NCBI GenBank assembly: GCA_040954595.2
Contig: CM082585.2
Span: forward strand, 10,643,995 to 10,707,994
Length of the DNA stretch: 64,000 nucleotides
Reading direction: 5' to 3'
Source of the DNA: Balanoglossus misakiensis
Lineage: Eukaryota > Animalia > Hemichordata
The translations under genes and the position numbers were made by a program. The notes below the pieces were generated by a model that saw nothing but the letters and a program-made list of their open reading frames with translations, was not told where the DNA came from and did not search any database. This document shows, piece after piece, positions 38,189-52,000 of this stretch. The first letter of the stretch is position 1, and each line of letters begins with the position of its first letter.

Positions 38189-40578
38189 TTGCAATGGACA
38201 GGTCTCCAGAAATCTTTAGTTATGCATGGTAGTCGCTAGTGAGGTGGTAGTCATGTGACATTGGCAAGCTTGACCATAAATGCACACACACAGACAAGCC
38301 AAGCCCTTTAGTGTTATGTTACAAATCTGATGCCTTGGAGACGAATGTAGCTGGTTTTGGCACCAAGTAAAAAAAAAGTTCAGTTCTGCTTTTCAGAAAA
38401 AAAACTTATCCCAGTGGATTGAATACGAAGAGCTGAGGTTGACATTATTTGATTTATGGCAAGATGCTGAAGACTTCAGAATATTGAAAAGATATAAAGA
38501 TAAGAATTATTTTTTTTTGAAAGACTTGTTTGTATGTCTAGTCATAAAATCAATAACATTTGTGGCTGAGAATGTGACAAGGAATAAAATCACAAAAGAA
38601 GCCATGATCACACTGCCACTGGCTACAAATATTTTTTTTTATTTCAGAAAATAAATGTTATCAAAAGCTATCTCGCCTGGTGTATTATGTCTTTCATAAA
38701 ACCTGTCTATGATCTAACAAAGGTATAGCAATGTGGGTATTACACAGATATCCCAAGTTTATCACAAACTGCTTAATATATTCTACAAGGCTGTGCAAAA
38801 TAAGGTGACTTACCCTGGTTTCCAATTCTACCAAACAACAGAAATATCCAGAGACATCTGCAGCAACAGTGGATGGCTGTGACCTTACTCCCAGCTCAGA
38901 AATTAACCTCAGTGAGAACTGCTTTTTAAACCAACACTTTATTCATTACCTTTAATGCTGATCCACTCAAAGCAAAACTACAAGGAGCTACTTGAGAAGT
39001 TACAATTCTCAAATCTTATTAATCAGTACGCTCCCTGTGAGTGTACATTTCAACAAAAATACTTGGTCAAGAACTTGCCAATTGGAGTTCCTTCAATTGA
39101 TGCATTGTTTCTCAATATATGACATCCTGTTTTCTTACTTTTTGAAGCTGAGTTTTATCAAGAAACTCACAATAATTTTCCAAGTGGCAAAAAACATACC
39201 AACTTTGACGAGGATAATGTTCCCAGAGCCATCATTGGTGGGTAAAGGACACAGTCCTATTACCCTTGCATTGAAATGGCATTGCGTTGAAGAGAAGTCA
39301 ACTTTTAAAAAGTTTGAGGAAGTTTTATTTGAAAGAAATCCTAGCATTTAGTTTTCTATGTCTCTGGACATAGGCTGCGTTATCTGCATTTTAAAACATG
39401 TTGGTGTGTGGATGAATATCATAATATTAAGTGTTTACAACCATAGACCGTAGTCACCCATGGCTAAGTATGTGCACGGTGGTGTGCACTTTGTATATGG
39501 TGATCTTGCCCAGAGTTACAATACTCAAAGGTGTAAATTTAAGATGAAGGTGTATATGCACAAATCACAAAACCTTACAAAAAGCAATTGACTACATTGA
39601 TTTTTATTTAAAACAAAAATAAAACCCACACAAATTTATAATGGGAAGGTTGCTATAGCAGATGCATCGATGACAACTAACATGAAGATGTTGGAGATGG
39701 CCACCTTGTTGCCCGTGGTGACGCTGTGATATTTAATATACCACTGTTTATTGTTCAGTAGCTGAGCAAAAAGGCTGATGGTGAAAAAAGAAATATTTTA
39801 CAATAATTTGCTGTAGAACTGTGATTTGAGATCTACCAATAACTGCCTGGACACTAGTACTAGTAGTGAAGTCATGAAAATATGAAAGACACACTCTAAA
39901 TTTCTACACGACCTCTGACAAGCTGCATTAAAAATATCAATCAACACATTGTTGACCAGTCCACTTCATATAAATATTTTTCATAAATAAGCTTCGTCTG
40001 ACCTGAGATGCATCCTCCTTTTTTTAAATATATACATTTAAAATTTTACTTAATCATAAGGTTAATGGTCAAAGAGATGAGGGAAGATAGATCTAGCCAA
40101 TGTGAGCAAGCTTAAATCACGGAAGTTCTGGTCAAAATTTAGCTAGGCATCCTATTGCATAATTAATTTTTCACTGCCAAACATCATGATTTCATCTATT
40201 TTAACATAATGAAAAGTTTCAGCAAAATGATGCAAGTTATTTTTTGCAATGACTACAGCAAACAGATGTGGTCTTTTACTACCAAAACCAAATAACTCTC
40301 ATAAATATTTCATAACTCCATGTCATCTGAAAACAATGTATTCTCCAATAAACTATGTATATCATTTCATATCTGATAATGTATTTGCATTGGTGTGTTG
40401 ACACATTGCGAATGAATGTAAATATGCAAAGGCAATGAATAGTCCATTTGGTACTGACAGCTGCCAATCAGAATGATTGACATGCATCATTAATATTTGT
40501 GATCATTTTATTTCCATGCGAATTTTGTGACACGACTTATTTTATTCATTCATTTCTGTTTGACTGTCCCCTTTCTCT

Positions 40579-43500
40579 CTAAACTCTCAATGGATGTTCG
40601 TGGACAACACCTCCATTCTTGACCACTTCTTGCGCAATCAGAGACAATTTCTTGAAGTTTCCAAGCTGCGTGTTAGACTTCACGGCTGACAAATTGTCTG
40701 CTACTCTACTGGAGGCTTCATTGCAGAACACCTGGCAGAGTTGGGATTCATGTTCGCCTGATGGATGGCCCTCTGTCAAAGATCTTGATGCTCTGTTGAA
40801 ATATCAAACACAACGTTATCTCGACTCTGTGTTGAATTAAAAAGCTTGCTCAACATATGAACTTCATCAATTTCACTGACACTGACAACCTGATCATATT
40901 CATTTCGTACCAATATACTAGTAGCTCTTTTTAAATCAGTGTGTGTGGTTTTGGCTTGTACAGAATGAATACAAACCTTGAGAGTACAGCCACCATGCCA
41001 TAGATATCAATAGCTGCATCTGCCACCCTCCACAATAGAAACTGTTCATTCACAATGTTCTTCTTGTACTTGATCAGTAAATCTTCCACCGTCATGCCGA
41101 ACTCAGCGATGGCTTTGGACGTTTCTTGAGCCGACTCTTTCAGATCGTCGTGGACGTACTCGGTGAGGGATGGGCCGGTGTTCAAACCCATCATGCGCTG
41201 GACTCGCTTGTTGGCGACTTCCACGATCACTCCCAAGTTAGAAGCCGGATTCTTGAATGCTTTGGCGAGTTCCTTCAAGTGTCCTCCTGCACTCTGTGGG
41301 GGAAAAAATCAGGAAATCTTATTTTCATGTTGAAAGCATGGAGCATGGATTTCTTTTCTCACCTGTCACAACCAACACAGATCCCCAAAGTTTGCAAATT
41401 CAATTTTCCAGTCTAACCTGCATTCCTGTCAGGGCTATGAAGAGACGCAAGATATCATTGGTTCCTTCAAAGATTCTGAAGATTCTGAGATCTCGCATAA
41501 CTCTCTCTAACCCAGCAGACTTCATGAAACCTGTGCCACCCAGGATCTGAATAGCTTCATCAGTCACTGTCCACGCTGCTTCCTGTGTATAAAACAGACA
41601 AATATGAGACACATGAAAATTTTCAAGGCACAGACAGTCAATGTTGCATGATAGGTTTGTGGCAACACCTTTATTACTCACCGAGCCATAAATTTTGCTG
41701 ATGGCTGCTTCAATTTGGAACTCCTTGGACCCTGCGTCCATATTTGCCGACAGCATATATGCCATGGATTCGCAGACATATTCCTTCATTGTCATGCGGG
41801 CAATCTTCTCCTGGATGGCTCCGTATTTGTCGATGGTGCTTCCAAACTGTTTGCGGTTGGCTGCATGGTCAACCTATGACAGGAGAGAGCAGTTACATTA
41901 CTGTTTGAATTATGTGTTTTCTGACAGATTGACAAGTCTTGACCTTTGCACCCTGAACCTCCTGGTGACCTGTGATGTCATGGCATACATCTTGTGTCAG
42001 AAAGGATTGTCAAAGAAGAGACGTAGACAACTTACTGCTTGTTGTATGACAGCTTTCATGGTTCCTGATAAAGCGGCTCCCATACCAAACCTACCATTGT
42101 TCAAAATGTTCATAGCCACTTTGAAACCACCACCGACCCCTGAAAGTTCATAAATAGAGAATTAAACCCAGATATGAAATGTGCATAAACTTGAAAAATG
42201 ATGGTTCTTAAGTACAATGATTTGAGAAAACAATCAGGATTTGTGTAGCTATGGTAACATATCTGACCTCCTAAGACATTCTCCACTGGAATCTTGACAT
42301 CATCAAAGTAGACTTCAGCTGTGTTGGAGGCTTTGATTCCCATCTTGTTTTCTGGTGGACCACTGTTGACACGAGAAGACATAAACTCATGGTCAATTAA
42401 TGGTATCTGTTTTGTTACCATGTTGGCGAATTATGTGTAAACCTGCAAGTTAGATTGTCCACCTGGCACCTCACACAATACACTCGTAACTTCACTAATT
42501 GTAATTTGTGACAGTCACATGACTTACTTAGTGACGCCACCAAAGCCTCTCTCAACAATAAAGGCTGTAACTTTATCTTTGACTTCACCATCAGGTCCTT
42601 TCACGGGGGTCTGGGCAAACACTGTGAAGACTTCGGCAAGGCCACCATTACTGATCCTGTAATGGAGAAAAAAAGCCCCAGATATAAGTGTAAATGTGGT
42701 TTCCTTTCCATGAGAGTCTGATGTTGTTATAACTTCGACTCAAAATGAAAGTCACAGTGTTGTTGAAGACAGACTACTCACCAAATTTTGCTACCATTCA
42801 GAATGAAATGTTTTCCATCCTCACTGAGAACAGCTCTTGATCTGATAGACTGAGAAAATAAAACAAAGAGCACATGTTCAGTTCACAAAAATTAACCCTG
42901 ACACTGTCTGTATGTGTGTTTCAAGTATCTCGCCATAGTCTGGGTTTCACCACTTGAAAGACTGACCAATAATACTTACACTGGCATCAGATCCACTGGA
43001 AGGTTCTGTCAGACAAAACGCAGCAAATTTCTCCCCCGATGCGACAGACGGCAGGTATTTCTCCTTCTGTTCGTCCGTTCCAAACAGCAGAATTCCTTTG
43101 AATCCGATGGACTGATGGGCACCAAGCATGATACCGACGCCCAAATCATGGGCTCCTACTATCTCCACTAACCGTGCATACTGGAAAAGTAAACAGAAAG
43201 ACTTGGAACGTCAGCCTTTATATCCCTTTGAAAACATCTAAACCTGGAAGCTATAAACACTGATTAAATTTATTGTTAGAGTAATTAAAATTCGGCTAAT
43301 AATATAATGTGAAGGTTGGTTCAATGCCATTCACTCTCTTCTATATTTGTACTGGTACCATCAAACTTTCAAATGACCAAAATTAGTATCAGCTGCTATT
43401 ATCAAGCCCCAGTAACTCTAACCATATTTTTCAACCTCTTGTTCTACTGTGGCTCATGAAAGCTTTGTGGGCCAAAGGACAAGTCATTGCTCAGGGAATT

Positions 43501-44951
43501 GATTAGTTGCAATATATCGTTAATTGTGACAATACTGGTAAAGTGTGGACTTTGGACGATAGTTTTGTGTCACTATGGTGATACATATTTCTCTGATGAT
43601 CACTCGAACCTAAGTCATCAGTTGTGGACTTAGGACTCTGGTTTGGATGCAAAGTTCCCAATAAAGTCAGATGACAATTAAGATAAGCTGCACAGTCTCA
43701 TGGTTTGTGCATTTCATTACAGGTGTTCTGTATAATTATTTGTGTGCCACAGTACAGGTGACCTCATGCCAAATTTTGGAACGAAACCAGTCCTGACATG
43801 ATCAGTACTTGCCCTAGACATATGTTACCATGCGGCCATAGTGTTGTATAATGGACTGAAGTAAATGTGTATGCAAACATACATAACCATTTTAGCATTT
43901 TCATTGGGCTGACAACCCATTGTGCACATCAGTTCAAAGTCAGTCACCACAGGATTCCATAACAGGCTGCCACCAAACTGTTTATGGAGAAGAGACTTAC
44001 CTGTGTATTGGTAAGACCCAGACCACCAAGTTCGACAGGAACTTGAAGACCAAAGGCGCCCATTTCTCTCAGCCCTTGTAGAGTGTTCTCGTCAACTGTT
44101 GCCGTATCATCATTCCTGACTGCATCATTTACTTCCTGAAAATAGTTACATATATCCACCATTGTTAGCATTTTTTAACATTTCCAAACGCATACAATTT
44201 GTCAAAACACTTACAAGTACATGTATTGTCAACATAGCATATTCACAAAACTTTTAAAACGAGAAACACTGACTTACAGCAAAGAATCTAGCACAAGGGT
44301 CTACCAACATCTGCAGCATTTCTCTCTGTTCTTCAGTCAAAACTGTCAACAAAATAGTCATATTTTTATAAGTAAGGTAGTACACACATTTCAGAAAAAC
44401 AACAGCTATCCAAATTTTCCACTCTTTGTTATATTGTGAAGTACATGTATGTGAGGAATTACACAGAAGAAAAAAGAAAATAGCGTGTTCACCATCTTGT
44501 TTTCATATAAACCACTGGACACTATAGTTCATATAACCTTCAATATAAAAGGGACAGACGTCACTGGAAGATTTGCATAGAAATGAAAACTTACCATCAG
44601 GATACGGGAACACCTGCTGAGCATTGACTTCTCCTTTAAATAAACCCATGGCAAATGATTTTGATTCCTGACAAAGAAAGTAAACATCTGGTTAACTCAG
44701 AACTCCAACCATGTAAGCCTCCCTACATTGAAATGTTGATGTCATACTGTTACATACCCCTTTGTTGCTTTGAGACACAGCTGTTGTTTCTTCTGTGTGT
44801 TGCTGTTGTGGTTGGCTTGCGGCTGCTGCAGATTTAAAACGTTGATTTTGATACAAGACTGCTGCAGTTGGTCTGAAGAGTGAAAGGAGAAAAAAGTTAA
44901 TCTTAATATAAACCTCAAGAACCTGAAAGTCACCAACATCCACACCCACTT

Positions 44952-44995
<44 letters not shown>

Positions 44996-45410
44996 TAATC
45001 ACTACAACCACCACCACCACCATTATGGTGAGTGAGTAAAAGTGGGTTATGTATACACTTGTGGTGTTGAGCATGTTGAGTCCCATCCAACACACAACTT
45101 TGGCAATTATAGTGATCAAGCAAAACTTTTTTCATGGCCAACAGTTCTTGCGATTGAGTTTTCGTGAGTTTGTGGCAACGCGTGGGCGTGGTCGTCAAAT
45201 ACCTGTTCTCTCTGAGTGACCGGCCACAGTACTTTACTATCGCAATCATGAAAAGACAACTTGTCTGTAGATCGTCGTCGGCGCGATCGGTGCAGCTTTT
45301 CTACACAATTTAGCATATTGTGATTCAGACACTTACCTGACCGCAGGAGAAGCATATCTTGTTGGAGCAGCATGCTTCAGAACGGTTATAAGTCTCCCCG
45401 ATCGCATCAT
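40579..45410 (-). CDS. ACADVL: Very long-chain acyl-CoA dehydrogenase, mitochondrial
   Basis: Exon 1 45337-45410 ([24 protein letters not shown], presequence-like) is in phase with the exon ending at 44872. Later peptides: [99 protein letters not shown], ending HPLRV*. These motifs are closer to ACADVL than to ACAD9. Confidence 0.95.
44952..44993. repeat. (ATC)14 microsatellite in ACADVL intron 1
   Basis: Perfect trinucleotide run. It explains the spurious poly-Asp ORF at 44742. Confidence 0.95.
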
Positions 45411-46076
45411 TTTGCCAAGAAACCGTGTCTTCTCTACGACACGTACAGCCACAACCGGTATGATACGTAACAACGATATGTACTAGTTAATTATGAATTC
45501 ATGACGTCATCTTTCAAAGTACAAAGGTTACAGAGGTCAACTTGGAACCAATGAAAAAGTGAAGTGGACTAAGGTTAATTTAGAAAGTGGAAACCAATAA
45601 ATTGAATAAAGTTCCAGCATTTCCTCTCTCACACTGTTCTTACTCAAGTTTTACATTTAGCTAGCACTCTTCACGTCGAAAGTTCTCGTCATCACTAGTT
45701 CCCGCAAAACACGAGAATGACAAAATGGTGGCGGTTCTGAATGATCGTTTTCAGGAAGTACAAGGCAAAAATTGTCTATTCACAGGTAAATTTGAATGAT
45801 AGTCCGTTTTATTTAATGGAAAACACTCAACGTTTGTAATTATATCAAACAACTGAAACTGGCATCACTTTTGCTGCTTAAAAAGTTACTTTGATCTGTG
45901 AAACATACCTCGTCAGAAATTGATGTCAACAACACTAAGTTTATGTTCAGTGGACAACCCGGAAGTTGTGGAACGGCTTGCATATTTAGCGAGTACATTT
46001 GTATTACACTGAGTCACGAAGGACCTGTCGGCAGATACTGAGGCGTGGTGCAGTTTCCGCCGTTCCAGACTGCGAA

Positions 46077-49000
46077 ATGGCAGCTTCGTGGCCGTGGTAT
46101 CATGGTCAACTGAGTCGAGTGAAAGCCGAGGAAGAGCTGTTCAAATCTGGACAAGATGGAAGTTTCCTCGTTCGAGACAGCGAGAGCATGAAGGGTGCTT
46201 ACGCTCTCTGCGTTCTGTAAGTTGGATCGCTTATTTGTTTGCCTTCAAAACGTGGGAATGAAAAGGTACTGCGAACGCGGATGATTTTAGATCCGCAAAC
46301 TTTCAAGTTGTCACCTGTCAAATGTCGAAAGTTGAACTCAGAGCCTTGCTGCATGTATTGTACTGTACAAATGCTGTAGGCTAGCTCTATGTTTTGTCCG
46401 GTTTGGGGGTTGGACGGCAAACCCAGATGACCGCCGTCCAGCCCCAAATACAAGGCAAAACCTCGAGCTACAGTACTGCAGCAACTCCGACATGAGCAAT
46501 GCAAAGTCAGAAACGGGATACGTTTTAAGCCAAAAAAGTAAACTTTTGGTTTTATGCAAATTAAAAGAACATTTTGTCTTGCAGTACTAACTCTCATTCC
46601 CCATTGACAGAAATAGAAATATCAAGTTTTTTTATGAAAATGATGAAAATCAAATGTCATTTATTATTACTCTTATTTTTACGTTTAGGCATCAAGGTAA
46701 AATTCACCAGTACAGAATCATGCCATCAAAAGATGAGACTGGGCAAGGATTTATAATCAAGGTAAATCTTAAAAGAAGTGTTTCATCCAAGTCAATAGTT
46801 TTTGACATTTAACTGGTAGCATGGGTACCTTGCTTTGGGTTTGGGCAAGTGTCTGTACATCAGTACAGATCATAGGAGTATCAATATTTAATTATACCAT
46901 TAAGTTTACATGTGTTATAGTTTCTCTTTGTATTGTTGTGTTTTAGGCTGTTCAAGGTGTACAACAGCAAAAGTATGCACGTCTGGATGACCTTATTAAA
47001 GGATATGGTCATTCCAACAATGGATTGGCCTGTGGTTTGACTCATCCTGTATCGGTGAAAACGAGCAATGAAGATGATGAGCCAGATTCAGGTCAGAAAA
47101 TCTTCTTTTTTTTTGAACAGGAAACTAGAGATGTATAAAATGAATTATTGGAACATTATGGGAACATTGTATATTTGACTGGTCAGGTTCTTGAGGAGAG
47201 TTACGGCTCTTGTGCTCATAAAATGTTTGGAGCCAGAGTAATAAAACTCGCATTACTGCTGGGATACTGTCTGTTGAACCATGAATGTCTTTGAAGTGGT
47301 TTCTTTCTCAAGCATGTAATAAATATGTAGTCTTTGTTGGAAAAAGGCTGTTTGAACCCAATAAAGCACAACTGCGACACAATAGTCTGCAAACAAAGGG
47401 GCAAACATGACCATGGATTGCTTGCCCCTGGTGTGAAATTCTGGCTCTGAGAAAAACCTTGTTCAAGGGAGGAAAAATTCATATTTTTTCGTAGATCAAA
47501 GGTCAGGTACTTGCAAAGGCACCAGGAAGTACACTTGTATGTCAGTCTGTTAGTGCCATCTAATTAATTTAGGAAGTCCACAAGGATAAAAAATAACACT
47601 CTTAAAAGGAAGAGGAAACAGTTAATCTACGGTCCAAAGACAAAGTCTTTTTTGTAAATCTTTTTCAAGATGTGTGAGTCGTGACTGGGCCCTGGATTTT
47701 GTTTGTTGAGTGGTTCCTTCTTGTCGTGATATACCCTGGATACGGAGCTGAATATAGAGGCACATAAGCCTGCGTTCAGTACCTGCCTAATTTCTTATTT
47801 TATGGAACATTGATACATATTGTAACAAGGACATTTTAATCTCTCCTAACAGAAGATGAAGAGAAATCAGCCAGAGAAGGGGGCAATCTCACCGCTGACA
47901 CTGTCAAAGCATTCCAAAATCGTACAACACAGCTCAAACTAGGGGACCTTGGCAACACATTTGCTGAACAACTTCAAAGCTATATTATCAATGGACTCAT
48001 CAAGGATATCGAATCTGTTCAGTGTGGTTCTAGTGACATGTCTCACTTGAACAATCTACTGACCAAGTCAACCAGGGAATTCCAAAGGTAACTTGGTCTC
48101 AATGAACAAACAGTATAGCCTTCGTGTTTTTTTTTTGCTTTTGCTCACTCAGACGAGCACGGGAGTTTTCAAAATTAAATTACCAATTAATTGAAGTAAA
48201 CAGTAAATAATTCATATCAGTTCATGTTTGGTTTATAATATGATTTTTCCACCCACCCACAGACAGGTTGATCTTTTCATGGCCAAAATCAAAGTCATCA
48301 ATCAGCTGTTCGACCAAAATGCAATTCTGCTGTCAGATGAGACAACTCTGGAGGTAAGAAATGTGAACTATCTATCCATGATCATGTAGGATAGTTTCAC
48401 AGCGCAGCTATCGGTATGTGCTATGCCCAACCGTTTACTTTCTTGCAGAAAGCACATTTACATCACTGCATTAATTGTTACGGGCCCAAGCCAAGCCAGG
48501 CTTGGGCCCGTATTGGTTTCGTTGGGGTTTTTCTTTCTTTCTTTCTTTCTTTCTTTCTTTATTCTTGGTTCATTTCTTTCGCGCGCTAGATCTCAGACAC
48601 CGCTGCAGGTACAGTTCTCAAACTTGCTACAGTGGTCAAGGTCAATGAGTAGATGTGCAGTGACTTGTGAATACTAAATTAGTCACGTGACATGGCGGCC
48701 ATATTGGATTTTCTGAAAAAATGCAAATCTCAGATCTCAGAAACTACAAGTCAGATCGACTTCAGATTTGGTGTGCTGGTAGTATACCCTCTGCCCATCA
48801 TTTTTGTAATTGGATATTTTGCTGTCAATGTTGCAGTTTTTTTGCTACAGTTGTTTTTCTGAAATCTGGTCAAAATTTCAAAAATCTTCTTCTCCAGAAC
48901 CGGCGATAACCGAGTCACACCGTTTGGGGTATGTGGTCACCTAACTGATGTCTATCAAGTTTGCGAAGATCATTGTGATTGGTCGAAGATTATGGCGGCC

Positions 49001-52000
49001 ATATTGGATTTTCGTAAAACCATAGTAAAACTTCAAAAATCTTCTTCTCCAGAACGGGCGATAACCGAGTCACAAGATTTGGTGTGTGTGGTCATTCAAC
49101 AGATGTCTATCAAGTTTGCGAAGGGGAATGTGATTGGTCGAAGATTATGGCGGCCATATTGGATTTTGTGAAAAACGATTAAAAAGTAAAAATTCCTTTT
49201 CTAGCCTAAACATTGATAGCACAGAAATTCTTTTTATGGATATGAATCATCATATGACAAGAATAAGCTATAAATATTTTGGTAATTTTGGCAATGACCT
49301 TTGACCTACTTTTGACGAATCATTTTTCTGCATATCTAATTCCTGGCTAACCAATGGGGCTATAAGTTTGGTTTTTGATGTATGTGGATTTGTATGTGAT
49401 CAAAAAATTTTGCTACTTTTCATGACCCCTTTGACCTCTGGTGACCTCATTAAATATGCGCATACCTAATTAATGATGAACCAATAGACCTAGAGGTTTT
49501 GTTTTTGTTATACATGGACCAGTATGGGGTCAAAATATTTTGCCCAAATGTTGGGTGACCTCGGGTGACCTTTGACCTACTTTTGCATATCTTGACATCC
49601 ACACCAGATACAGCCTTGGTGTTTGGAGAAATGGGGCCATAATGAAAAGCCAAAGTTTTGAGTCACCTGTGACACCTGCTTTACTCATTATTTATGTGCA
49701 TACCTAATTCCGGGCTAACCAAAAGGGCTAGATGTCTGGTTTTTGTTTGACATGGACCACTATGGGTCAAAATTTTCTGCCCAAATTTTGGATGACCTCA
49801 GATGACCTTTGACCTACTTTTGCATATATCGGCATCCAAAGCAGGTACAGCCTTGGCATTTTGAGGTATGGGGCCATAATGAAAAGCCAAAGTTTTGGGT
49901 CACCTGTGACACCTGCTTTACGCATTATTTATGTGCATACCTAATTCCGGGCTAACCAAAAGGGCTAGAGGTCTGGTTTTTGTTGGACATGGACCACTGT
50001 TGGTCAAAATTTTCTGCCCAAATTATGGGTGACCTCTGGGTGACCTTTGACCTACTTAACACTATATCAACACCAAACATAGATATAACCTTGATATTTC
50101 ATGGGATAAAACACAGCATAATGTTTCTACTCATTAATTATGTGCATATCTAATAACCAGATCAGATAATAGAGCTTGGGCCCGGACAATGCTGCTTGCA
50201 GCTTTAATTTGTTTTATTGTTGTTTTGGTTTGATGCAGCCCACCACATACACTACTTTGAATTCATTTATGGACAAATTGCCAGAGTGCAAGGAAGCGGT
50301 CAGACGCTTAGAAAAAGAGGTGAGATTCTAATGACACATTAGTTCTTGTTCTTTCTAATATGTGTGTCAACATGAGCTTACTTGACTATCATTGCCAAAT
50401 GGATTCAAGCCTGGACTTTACAGCTTGGAGTTTTATTGTATCGCATTGATGTAATAAGCAACCCATGCAATTGATTTCCTGTTTTAGGCTTTGAGGAGCT
50501 TGCAGGAGGTCTGCAAGTCTTACGACATCTCACAGGAAGACACAGAACCAGCATCTCCAGAGAAGAAATCCCCTCAGATAACAAACAGAATGTCGCAAAT
50601 ACCACCCATAACCTTTGAAGTAAGTCCAATCTATTTGGGCTAACTGGAAAATAGTCCTATAAAGTCACCACAGTGTCTAATATGAAATGCCTGATTTGTT
50701 TAGTCATGTTCTAAAAATTGATCAACACAAAGCCAAATATACGTGATACAATATGACACACATGTATTAGTGGCATTTCTGATCAAAATGGGAGCCACAA
50801 TGTTGCTGACGCTATTTCTTATTACAGGTAAAAGCTGAAGGTTTCAAACCAATTCGAATGAAATTGACCATTGATATGGCAAGTGCACATTTACAGATAA
50901 TGAAAGCAACCAGAGACGCCAGAGATGATAATGCGACATATGTCTACAGCCATGATAAAAGTAAGTAACTATTATTTGTTATTGTTAACAGAAACTATAG
51001 TAGAGACATAAAACACACATACTGAATTTGCAGTGAAAAAATACAGCTAATGGACCTTTATACTTTCAGTGGTTTCCAAATTCTGTCAATCTTTCTTCAA
51101 TAAATTTCAGTCCTTGTGATTTTTTTGCCACAGTTTTACAGCTTATCAAGTCAAGGACCAACAATGCAAAACTAAGCATTAAAGTTGACGGCAGCAAAAG
51201 GAAAGAATTTACATTTGAAGCAGCTAAGGTAATGTATTAATCACCTCATATTATAATCATCACATAATCACTCAGAAATTTGATTTCAGCACAACTCGCA
51301 TTATAAGTAATAATGAAATGCCTATTATTATTTTGCAGCAAAGAGAAACTTTTTGTCAGCTGATCCAACAGATGAAAAACATCCATACCCACAGTAGCGA
51401 TATTGATCAGATATCAGTCTTTATCGGTACATATAACATGGGTAAGATTGTCATCTTTTCTAAATTGAAATTTTCAAGCAGTTGCTACGGAATGCCAATG
51501 GCTGCATTTGGGCTGGACATAGTGAGATGATATACCTGGCTGAAAGGTTCTTACCAAAAATCGAGGTTCTTACGTTTTACAGACTAATTCGTCAGTCGAT
51601 GTTGTCTTCATAGGTGACACAATTCCGGCTGGCAAAATCCAGTCTTGGATCCAGTCAGAAGGCACTGGGAAAACTTTGCCTTCCCAAATCCAGATGATGC
51701 CACATGATCTGTACGTGATTGGAACTCAGGAGAGCGCCATGTCAGAGAGAGATTGGGTCAACAGAATCAAGAAGGAATTGCAGATGAGTTTCAGCATAGA
51801 TTTCAAGACTGTAAGTTCTGTTGTCTTCTGTTTTGTGAAATCAAGAAATAACTCTCACTGAAAACCAGACAGATTCAGTGTTCACCTAACCCTTTCACAG
51901 CAGGAATGGTGTGGATATCCTGTTATTTTTGATGGTATGATTGGCCTCTTGTAAGTTTTCTTTTTCTGTGTTTGTGACCATTTCAGGTGGCGGTATGCTC

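Noticed and set aside
45116-45373. [16 protein letters not shown] as the ACADVL start
   Set aside because: Wrong phase for exon 2. The ATG at 45410 gives the in-frame presequence.
48879-50160. Regularly spaced repeats as a CRISPR-like array
   Set aside because: Whole units of 155 and 237 bp are repeated with no unique spacers, inside a eukaryotic transposon.
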